Positions 39,787 through 51,700 of a DNA stretch of 64,000 nt are shown here, one piece after another. The notes under the pieces are model-generated. The model worked only from the letters and a program-made list of their open reading frames with translations, was not told where the DNA came from and searched no databases. The position numbers and the translations under genes are program-made. Origin of the DNA: Mobula hypostoma (lineage: Eukaryota); contig NC_086107.1 of NCBI RefSeq assembly GCF_963921235.1, positions 99,636,001 to 99,700,000 on the forward strand, in the 5' to 3' direction. The number at the start of each line of letters is the position of its first letter. Within the stretch, counting starts at the first letter, position 1.

Positions 39787-42700
39787 GTAAGTCCTGACTT
39801 TGGCAGTGAGTGAGCAGTTGCCTCCTTCCCCAGTGTAAAGCAGCAGCAGAAACTGTGTTGTGAGGCAGAGACATGCACCCAGTCTCTCAGTACCTTCCTC
39901 ATGTCAATCCCATTGAATATTGAGAGCACAGTTCATTCTCCGTGTACCGGGGGTGGCCTTCAGCTGGCGGTTTCATGTCCAGAGGTTTTGGTCATGTCTC
40001 CTGGGAACATTGCAGCAGCTGTGGGCATATTTGTACCAGACCGCATACTGGGATGGTCGCTATTGCCACGGTGCTAAACTATGGAAGAGCAGTCCCATTG
40101 GCCCATGATGTCTATGTCACACATGATCTCAAATTAAACTAAATCTCTTCTTCCTGCTTGTAATCCATATCCTTCCACTTCCTGCAAATTCCTAAGCCAC
40201 TATTGTGTCTGCCCCCTTAACCATTCTTGGCAATCTGTTTTAAGCATTCACCACTCTGCGTGTTTTTTTATATAAAAAAAGATTCCCGCACATCTCCTTT
40301 AAATTTTCTTCTTTTGCCATAAACTGCGTGTTTCCTTCAATGTGTTGCTTCGGTGCAAACGGTTCCAAGAGACTCACTTTGATGATCACAGGCAGACCTG
40401 ACGACTCTTCCGTTCCTCCCTCACAGGTTTGTGCCATGAGCTGAGGATTCCAGTTCCCTGGGGCCACATTGCGGCCAAAGCCTGGGGGCGCCCCGATGGG
40501 CAGCCCGTGCTATGCCTGCACGGCTGGGCAGATAACGCAAACACTTTCGATCGGCTCATTCCGCTGCTCCCAGACGGTGAGTGTTCGACCAAGTTTCACC
40601 TTACCTTGCTCTCTAGTCCTTTAGATGATCATTACTTTTTCTTTCTTTTTAAATCTTTTTATTGAGTAAGTATACAAAAAAGGTAAGCCATATAAACATT
40701 AATACAATGCTAAAGTATAATAAAATTCCAAAAGATAACAATACCAAAAAGAAAATACTACAATGTAATTTAAGCATAAGAAACCAAGATAACATAATAG
40801 TATACTAAATTTTATATATATCAATGGAAAAAAAGAAAAAAAAAACCCCCAAAAAAAACCCACCGTGCAACTAACTAAAAGCAAGGCAAAGCAATGGGCT
40901 AACTTGAAACCAAACAGAGTTAAACTTAAAATCACGTCCTCAATCCCGACCTCCATTAAAACAGTGAAAAAAAAACAAGAAGGGTAAATATTACATTAAA
41001 TGAAAATATCGAATAAAAGGTCCCCAAATCTGTTCAAATTTAAATGAAGAATCATAAAGGTTACTTCTAATTTTCTCCAAATTCAAACATAAAATCGTCT
41101 GAGAAAACCAAAAAAAGGTAGTTGGAGCATTAAGCTCTTTCCAATGTTGTAAAATACATCTTTTCGCCATTAAAGTAAGAAATGCAATCATTCTACGGGC
41201 TGAAGGGGAAAGATTACTAGAAATTTTAGGTAGTCCAAAGATAGCAGTAATAGGGTGAGGAGAGATATCTATATTTAATACCTTAGAAATAATATTGAAA
41301 ATATCTCTCCAAAAAGGTTCCAAAGTAGGGCAAGACCAAAACATATGAGTTAAAGAGGCTATCTGCCCCGAACATCTATCACAGAAAGGATTAATATGCG
41401 AGTAAAAACGCGCTAACTTATCTTTGGACATATGTGCTCTATGAACCACTTTAAATTGAATTAGGGAATGTTTAGCACAAATAGAGGAAGTATTAACTAA
41501 TTGTAAAATCTGCCCCCAATCATCCACAGAAATGGTAAGCCCCAATTCCTGTTCCCAATCTACCCTAATCTTATCAAATGGAGCTTTCCTAAGTTTCATA
41601 ATAATATTATAAATCATAGCCGATGCACCTTTCTGACATGGATTAAGGTTAATTATCGAATCTAAAATATATATAGGAGGAAGCATTGGAAAGGAAGAAA
41701 GTATAGTACTTAGGAAATTTCTAACTTGTAAATATCTAAAAAAATGTATTCTTGATAAGTTATATTTATTAGATAATTGTTCAAAAGACATAAGGGAACC
41801 ATCTAAAAATAAATCCAAAAACCGTAAAATACCCTTAGTCTTCCAAGTTTGAAAAGCGCGATCCGTAAAAGAGGGAGGAAAAAATATGTTACCTAAAATA
41901 GGAATCGCTAACCCGAATTGATTAAGATCAAAAAATTTTCTGAATTGAAACCAAATGCGCAAAGCATATTTAACTATCGGGTTAGAGACCTGCTTAAGGC
42001 GTTTCGAATCAAAAGGAAGAGAGGAACCTAAAATAGAACCAAGTGTATAACCCTGAACAGATTGTAATTCCAATGCTACCCATTTAGGAATAGATAGTAT
42101 GTCCCGGTCAAGTAACCAAAATTTCATATGTCGAATATTAATAGCCCAATGATAAAATCTAAAGTTAGGTAATGCTAAACCTCCATCTCTCTTAGCTTTC
42201 TGTAAATGTATTTTACCCAGTCTCGGATTCTTATTCTGCCAAATAAATGAAGAAATTTTAGAGTCAACTTTATCAAAAAAAGATTTAGGAACGAAAATTG
42301 GTAATGCCTGAAACACATATAAAAATTTTGGCAAAAAAAACATCTTAACTGCATTAATACGACCAATCAAAGTTAAATATAAGGGAAACCATTTAGATGA
42401 AAGTTGAGTAATATGGTCTATTAATGGTAAAAAGTTAGTCTTAAATAAATCTTTATGTTTACAAGTAATTTTAATCCCAAGATATGAAAAGTAATTATTA
42501 ATCAATTTAAATGGAAATTTATAATATAAGGGAAGATGTTTATTAATCGGAAAAAGTTCACTCTTACTAAGATTTAATTTATAACCTGAGAAAAGACCAA
42601 ATTGTGCTAATAACTCTAAAACAGCAGGAATGGATCTCTCAGGATTAGAAATATATAAAAGTAAATCATCAGCATAGAGTGATAATTTATGGGACTTTAA

Positions 42701-45700
42701 TCCCCGAGTTATCCCAGTAATATTTGAAAATTCTCGAATAGCAATTGCAAGAGGTTCTAATGCAATATCAAATAATAGGGGACTAAGAGGACAGCCTTGT
42801 CGAGTACCACGAAAGAGGAAAAAAAGGTGAGTTTAAAGAGTTAGTACGAACCGAGGCTACAGGGGAGTAATATAACAGTTTAATCCAGGATATAAATTTC
42901 AAGCTAAAATTAAACATTTCAAGCACCTTAAATAAATAAGGCCATTCTACTCTATCAAAAGCTTTCTCGGCATCTAAAGAAATAACACACTCAGGAACAT
43001 TTTGTGAGGGAGTATAAACGATATTTAACAATGTACGAATATTATAAAAAGAGTAACGACCTTTAATAAAACCCGTTTGGTCTTCCGAAATAATAGAAGG
43101 AAGTACTTTTTCTAGTCTATTTGCTAATAACTTAGAAAAAACTTTAGAATCAACATTTAATAAAGATATTGGTCTATAAGATGCACATTGAGCAGGGTCT
43201 TTATCCTTCTTTAGTATTAAAGAAATTGATGCTCTATTAAAAGATTCCGGAAGTTTACCAAGTTTCAAAGAAGCCTCAAAAACCTTATAGAGCCAAGGAA
43301 TCAATAAAGAAGCAAAACATTTATAAAATTCAACGGTAAACCCATCAGGGCCAGGAGCTTTCCCCAGATTCATAGAAAAAATAACATTCTTAATCTCATC
43401 CATTGTAATGGAAGTATCTAATAAAGAAGACATATCCCGTGAAATCTGAGGGAAGTCTAACTTATCTAAAAAATCATTCATATATTTAGAATCTCGAGGA
43501 GACTCTGATTGATATAAAGAAGAATAAAAATCACAAAAGGTTTGATTAATCCCCACATGATCCAATATCAATCGATCATTTTGGTTATAAATCTGATTGA
43601 TTTGAGATTTAACATAATTAGATTTCAATTGATTAGCCAGCAGCTTGCCAATTTTATCACTGTGAACATAAAAATCACTTCTTGTTTTCTTTAATTGGTT
43701 TACAATCGAGGACGAGAGTAGTAAACTGTGTTCCATTTGAAGTTCAGTTCTTTGTTTGTATAGCTCCTCAGAAGGAGCCATAACATATTTCTTATCAATT
43801 TCTTTAATCTTGTCCACAATTGCCATCTCCTCCTGCTTCTGTTTCTTCCTCAAAGCAACGGAATACGAAATAATCTGACCCCGAATATAGGCTTTAAAAG
43901 TGTCCCAAAGAGTGTTAACCGAAATATCTTCTGTATAGTTAATTGTAAAAAAAAGCTCAATCTGTTCATTCATAAAATTAACAAAGTCCGAGTCCTGAAG
44001 CAACAGCAAATTAAAACGCCATTGTCTATTGTTTGGTATATTGGCCATAATTTTAATAGAAAGCTTAAGTGGAGCATGATCCGAAATGGTTATAGAATCA
44101 TAATCACATTTAATCACTGAAGGAATGAGACGAGAATCAATGAAAAAATAATCAATTCTTGAATAGGAATGATGAACATGTGAAAAGAAGGAAAAATCTT
44201 TTTCCTGAGGATGCAGAAAACGCCAAATGTCCGTCGACCCAGAATCAGAAAGGAAAAAATTAATCAAATTTGCAGATTTATTAGGTAAAGTCCGTAAAGG
44301 AGCCGAACGGTCCAAAGCTGGAGATAAACAGGTATTAAGATCTCCGCCCCAAATCAATGAAAACTCGTTCAAATTCGGAAACTGATCAAACAATGATTTA
44401 TAAAATTCCGGACAATCCATATTAGGAGCATAAACATTAACCAAAACTACTTTTTTATTAAATAGTAAACCACTAACCAATAAAAATCTACCATTCGGAT
44501 CAGAGATAATATCCTGTTGTATAAAAGTAACTGAGGAATCTATAAAAATAGAGACGCCTCGAATCTTAGCATTGGAGTTCGAATGAAATTGTTGTCCCTT
44601 CCAAAATTTGAAAAAACGTAGTCTGTCCCCCCTCCGTACATGGGTCTCTTGTAAAAATAAAATTTGTGCTTTAAGTCTCCGGAACACTTTAAAAACTTTT
44701 TTCCTTTTAATAGGATGATTAAGACCATTAGTATTCCAGGAGACAAAATTAATAATAGACTCCATAAATCCTAAAGTCAACCCACAACAAGGAGGATTGA
44801 CAATAGGCGCGACCCACAAACCCGGAGAGGAAACAGAACATACAAAAGATACCAGGGAAAAGGACGCAACCAGTACTTCAATAATGTATATAGCCCAAAG
44901 AGAAACAAACTAAAACGTGAAGCCCCTCCCACCACCCACCACCCCAAGACCCCAAGGCAAAATCTAAAGCAGACCCGCCAGAAAGAAGCAAGCGCTAAAA
45001 CTACCCCCATGACTTCCAGTATACGCTCCCTAAAAAAAAGGTATAAATATGAAAAAGATCAGCTAATTGTAAAACAGTAAAAAAATAAGTTAAAGAAAAG
45101 TTAGCTCAATTAAGATACATACAGAACAGAACAAAAACCGGAAAATATATATTAAAAAAAAACCACAATAAACCTCAAACTCATGAATAGACACAGCAAC
45201 AAAAAAAATAGGATTATTAACATAAAGTGATTATAAAAAGCAAAACAGAATAAAATTTAAAAAAAAACTACAAAATTTAAGGCCGCACAGGAAATACGTA
45301 AGATGACAAAAGGGAAGTAACCACCCAGAATCCCCTGGGAAAAGAAAGAAATGACGCAGTTAAAAAGAAAGTTTAGCAGCCATATTAAGAAATCAAAAGT
45401 AAACTTTTCTGCCCAAATAGGGCACAGAAAAGTTAAAACCAACCAATTCACAGCCTCCGATCAACGGAGATAATTAAAAAAAGGCAATTAAGATGTTGAA
45501 GATGAAAGTTGATCCAGATAACTCTGGGCATCCGATGGAGAATCAAAAAAACGAAGGGCTCCATCTAACATGCGAATCCTTAGACGTGCAGGGTACAGCA
45601 GCGCTGGTCTTAAATCCATCTTATAGAATTCCGACATCACGGATCTGTAACGGACCCGTTGGTCCCAGATTGGTTTACTGAAATCTTCCACGAATCGGAA

Positions 45701-48700
45701 CTTAAGATCCGAAAAATCAATGAAACCTTTAGATCGAGCGAATCGAAACAGTCTCTCCTTGTCTTGAAAATAATGAAAACGTAAAATAACATGCCTAGGT
45801 CTATCTGACCTAGACGAGTATGATGGGATTCTGTGAACACGATCCAGAAGCGGTGGTTGGTCAGGAAATACAGTAGGGAATGCATCTTTTAAAAGTTGAG
45901 AGAAATATTTCATGGGGTTGTTGGCTTCAACGGCTTCCCTCACGCCGATCATTCGTAAATTCTGCCGTCGCATTCTAGATTCCAAGTCAGAGTTTTTAAA
46001 AGTCAAAAAGTCCAGTTTCTTCTTCATTACATTAATTGTTTCTTCGATTTTCCCCATCTTAAGCTCACTTTGTTGCGCGAATTTTTGAAGATCAGATATA
46101 GCCGACTGATGTTCTGCAATAAATGTTTGCATCTTATCAATTAAATCGGCAATTTTCTGGAAATTAGTTGAGATTTCCGTATGAATCAGGTCTTTAACAG
46201 AGCCTGCAATTTCCGTACAAATCATCTCCCTAACAGAGGTTGAAATTTCCCTCTGAATTAACTCCGATATCGCTTTCAAAGTCACCGGTGATTCAGTCAG
46301 GGGGAGATCCGTAGCTTTCGGTTTAACCGGAGGTTTACCATCCTTGCCGTTTTTCCCGTTCTTAGACATAGCAGATCTAACCCCGTATCATCCAATTGTC
46401 AGAGAATTCAGTTTAATTCAAAGTATTATAAAAATTGATGCCTTAATGGTTAATTAAAGTATAGCTGACCATAGAGAAAAAAAACTCAGAGGTAATGGAG
46501 CGAGTCAAGAACGCGACTTCACTCCATGAGCGCTACCGGAAGTCTCCTAGATGATCATTACTTTTATAATCAGCATTGAAGTGGAACATTGAACTCCAGT
46601 GTGACGAGGTGATAATTCAGATACTCAGAGGTTTGGTGGGACCCCATTTGGAAGAACTGTTTGCTTTCAGATACCACAGCTCGGAAAGTGTGTATCTGCC
46701 TTTGACAGGTGCAGTGCTGATTTAACAGAACGATTTGAGAGGAAAAATGTTAAGTCATGATGGCAAGTTATAGAGACAAGGTTTGTGTTCCGTGCCAATG
46801 TGTAATGGATTTTGCCCTCAAGATTTGTATCTTTAATCTCAATTGTTGTTCCTCTCCGTGCCTTGTGGCGCACCGGGTGCCAACCTTGCCACTTCTTAAA
46901 CATTTTTGTCCTTTTTTTTTGGTCTTTTTTCTTATGTAGCCCCCCTGGCCACCCTCAGGGTCGCTCGGCTCGCTGTCGTCTAGGGAAACAGCCTCAGCCC
47001 CGCTAAACTGGGTAATTCGTTTGTGTGGATGCTGTGTGAGGTACCCCACCCCGCCCAAATAACAGACAATACACCAGATGCAATTAAATGATTTACAGTT
47101 TATAGATATTACTGGAACTATATAATTAATAGAGAATAAAATATAAAAGGAAAATAAAAGGCACCACACTTATCAAAGTTCAATCTCTTCGTGCACAGAC
47201 AGTTGGAGCTCGGTACACTTCTTCTTCACCCTGCCACCCCTCGGACCACCTCGACCGGCCGCCTGGGACCAACAACGGTGGTCAACCAGAGGCTCCACAC
47301 GAGTCCGTCTCCGTCTCCTCGCCGAACGCCCTCCTTGGGGTCCGACCCCGTTAGCAGACATCACAGCACCTGGTCCATTCTCTGTCTCTCTCTCCCACCT
47401 TCTGCCCCAAAACCCCGCGCATACAGTATCTTACAGATACACCAAAAACATAACAACTATCCCCATTGGTTCATAACACCTTCTTATCAGCAATGTGATT
47501 CAACAAACTGCTAGCGGGAGGGCTTTCTCAGCATTTAACATAACAAAGAAGCATTCCCAAGTATAACATAACAAAGAAGCCATTTTAATTAGCCTAGGCA
47601 GTAACATAAGAGACAAAACCCCCTTACACTTACAAGGCTAAGTTGACAGCTGAACGCTCAATGGCACGGATGAAAAGCACGCAAGGAGCTGGCCGGATTC
47701 TAACCTGGGACCACTTGCCTCAAAGTCCAAAGCTGATTGCTCTATGCCGGCCGTCCTAACCTCACTATTGGTTCTAGTAAATCTGTCAATGCATTCAGTA
47801 GAGAATTCAATAGGGACTTGGTGTGAAGCCTTTTTTTTCAGCAATCTAAGGACCATAACCTCAAAACCTGCTGAATTTGACTTGGTAAATATTATCTGGA
47901 CAAGGTAGGAATCTGAGGCCACATATGCTGTGGAACAGCAGAATGCCAGCTGCTGAGGTGATGAATTTTACTTCATCTGGAAGGTGCCAAAGGAGTATAA
48001 AAAATCCTACTTGAAATTAAATTGCACAAGAAGTGACCAAACAGCTTGTCATGGCCATACCAACTCTGGAAGAGCTGTTCAGTTAATCATAACTGTTACC
48101 CCTTTCCTTTGCAATTGCCTATTCAATCTCTGCTAGAAGCTGCAACTCAAAATATTTTTCATCTCCTTTTTTGCAGTGCGTTCCAGACCATAACACATTT
48201 TTTAAAAAAAATCTCTTCCTTCTGGTTCTTTTCTCCATCTATGAGTTACAGATGCTGCAGCCAAGGGAAAGCAATTCTCCTTATTAACTCTCTGCTCAGC
48301 ATTGTAATTTTGAATGACTCCTGTAAAATTCCTCTCCTCCAGCAAGAGCAATTCCAGCTCTGGTCTTATTCATAATAACAGAAGCTCACCCCAGTCTCAT
48401 TCCCGTTAATCTCCCATAGTATTCTCAACGCAAAACATCTGCCTGGTCAGTAAGTTGTAAAGAGTTAACATGATTTACCAATTTTTGTATTCTTGACTTG
48501 TGCAAAATTTATTAGCTTGAAATGTTAACTCTTTCCTCTCTTCACAGATGCTACCTGATTTGTTTTGCCTCCGAATGCGGCTATTGTTTGGTTCACCCTG
48601 GGCTACCAGCTTTGTCTGACACAGAGGTGACGCCCACTAACTCCTCTTTCCCCTTTCAGATTTTTATTACATGGTGCCGGACTTTCCAGGGCATGGGGTC

Positions 48701-51700
48701 TCGTCACACCTTCCTCCTGGTGTAATGTACCAGGTACCGGTATACGTATTAGCTGTGCGGAGAGTAACAGAGAGTAAGTTTCACTTCTGTGATTGGGGAA
48801 ACAACAAGTTGGCGGCAACAAATGGTCTCAAACTTCCCAAGCCTGTGAAATTTAAGAGCTATCAAACCCACAGTTGCTTCCCATCCTTCATCCGCATCAG
48901 AATGGAATTTCTTTTGATATTTAATCCAGTAAAGTCGTAGTTTAAAACAAAGAATGAGAGTCAGGGTTATTGTCACTGACATAAGTCATAAAATTTGTTG
49001 TTTTGTGGTAGCAGTACAGTACAGGCATAACAAATCACTCGAGTTATAGTAGTACTGCCAAAGGATTGCCATTTAGTGTTCATGAGTTCATGGACCATTC
49101 AGAAATCTGATAGCAGAGGGGCATTAACTATTACTTCCTTCCTAGCGTGTCGCACCAGACAGTCAGCCATTCTTGTCTGGCGCGTGGTGTCGGGATTGGT
49201 CTCCTTTCGGATTAACCGAGTCACGATATGAACGTTCCTGACTCGACCCTTGTTTTTTATGAGACCGAGTGGCTAGCTCGACGCTCAGCCCGGCACGGAT
49301 GGAAAGCGAGCTCGGGGGGTGGCCGGTCTTGGATTCGAACTTGGGAGCCTTCACTCCAAAGTCCGGCGCTGATGCCGCTGCACCACCCGCCAGCCAACTG
49401 TTACTAAACATTGACTGTGGGTCTTCAGGCTCATGTCCCTCCTCCCTGATGCTAGCAGTAAGAAGGGGACGTGTCATAAGTGGTAAAGGTCCTTTATGAT
49501 GGATGCAGCCTTCTTGAGACACCACTCTTTGAAGGTGTCCGTAATGCGAGGGAGGCTTGTGCCCCTAATGGAGCTGATTGAGTCTGCAACCCTGTGGAGT
49601 CTTTTGCGATCTTGTGCAAAGGCACCTCCATACCAGACAGTGACGTAACCAATCAGAATGCTCTCCATGGTACGTCTGTAGAAGTGTCTTCAAATTCCTA
49701 ATGACTATAGCCGCTGTGGAGCCTTCATTATGATTGCACCATGAAGCCCAGGAACTTGAAACTGCTCACCCTTTCCACTCCTACTCCCCTCAATAAGGAT
49801 TAATGCATGTTGTCCCAACTTCCCCTTCCAGAAGTCTACAGTCAATTCTTTGGTCTTGCTGACATTGAATGCAAGGTTGATATTGGAGTATAGATATTTG
49901 ATCATTTTACTGCAGAAAAAGTGTTTGCTTTGATCATCCAACCCATCCAGTTATCTCTATCAATGTAACACACACAAAATGCTGGAGGAACTCAGTAGGT
50001 CAGACAGCATCTATGGAAAAAAGTACAGTTAACGTTTTGGGCTTGACCCTTTTATTGTTATTTTTTTCCTCCAGTCCTACTGAAGGGTCTTGGCCTGAAA
50101 TGTCGACTGTACTCTTTTCCTCAGTTCTTCCAGCATTTTGTGTGCGTTGCTCAAGTCGTTCCATTAAGTCTTGTCAAACATTCTTGTTATGTAGGTACTT
50201 CTTGCTGTCATAAGAATCCAGCATTTTCTGTGTGTTCCTTGGATTACCAGCATCTGCAGAATTTCTTTTGTCAGTTTTCCCTATCCCTCATTCGTTGCAC
50301 TCCTCCCTGCCTATGGCTGTCCCACGTATCTACCCACCCACACCTCTCCTCGTTCTCTGTGTTCCTTTCACCCACGCTTCTCCATTTTATTTCTCTGTTA
50401 TTCTTTGGCTGGGGTAAGAGGCTGTGATTTCATCATGAGGTTGGGTTGGAATAGACTGTTTTCTGCTTTACCGCCAGGAGGTTCCAATACAATAGAGTCA
50501 TAGGAAAAAGCCACACAGAAATTGAATTTGTGGCAACCATCAATCACTCATTTACATGAATCCTATACTAACACACACAAAATGCTGGAAGAACTCAGCA
50601 GGTAAGACAGCACCTATGGAGAGAAATAAGGAGTTGACGTCATAAGGAATGGACAAGGGAATCGAGAAGAAAGCGATCCCTGTGAAAAGCAGAGTGGGGG
50701 CAGGGCGATAAAGTTTGTTTGGTGGTAGGATCCCATTGAAGACGGCAGAAGCTGTGGGGAATGACGTGTTGATGTGTGAGAAATTGACCGAGTTAAGTGC
50801 AGGGTGGAAGTTAGAGGCATAGTTGATGAAATTGATGAGCTCAGCATGGGTGCACAAGGCAGCACCAATGCAGTCAGCAATGTAGTGTAGAAAAAGTTGG
50901 GGAGCATTACCAGTGAAGGTTTGGAGCGTGGACTGTTCTACGTAGCCCACAAAAAGTCAGGCATAGTTGGGGCCCATGCTATTGCCCATGGCTAGACTTT
51001 GGGGTTGTAGAAAGTGGGAGCAGCCAAAAGAGAAATTGTTGAGAGCGGGGACCAGTACTGCCTGACAAAGGAGGATGGTGGTGGAGGGGAACTGGTCAGG
51101 TCTGTTGTTGAAAAAGAAGTGGAGAGCTTTAAGGCCTCTTTGATGGTAGGGTAGAAGTTTTAGGGATTGGACATCCATAGTGAAAATGAGGCTATCAGTG
51201 TCAGTGTCAACTGAAAGTTCTTGAAGAAATCGAGAGCACGTGAAGTGTCACGGATGTAGGTAGGAAGGGACTGAAACAAGGGGGACAAGGTAAAAGGACG
51301 TGAGTTCAGTGGGGCAGGAGCAGTGGGCCTACCCAGACAGTCAGGTTTTGTGGATCTTGTGGAGGAGGTGGAAACGAACAGTGCAAGGTAAGAGAATTGA
51401 GGTTGGTGGCAGTGGATGGGAGATCTCTAAAGTTGAGGAGGTTGGTGATGCAGGAGACAATGGGCTAATATTCCTGAATGTGATCCCATTCAAGGGGTAA
51501 GTATGAGGAAGTGTCTTGAGGGTTGCTGCCTGGCCTCAGCAAGCAGAGGTAGAATCCTATACTAATCTGAGGTTGAATCCTAGGTTAATCCCGTTTGTAT
51601 TCTTCCTGAAGTTTCCATCAACCTCCCCTAGATCCTGCTACTCTTTACACATGAGGGACCATAAACAGTGCTCAATCAGTCTACAACCCTTCATGTCTTT

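Larger units (their letters stand above)
40640..46547 (-). mobile_element. Full-length L1-clade LINE (ORF1 + ORF2), young
   Basis: 18-bp TSD TAGATGATCATTACTTTT (40622-40639, 46548-46565); 5' end GGAGACTTCCGG; AATAAA plus A-rich tail. Confidence 0.95.
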
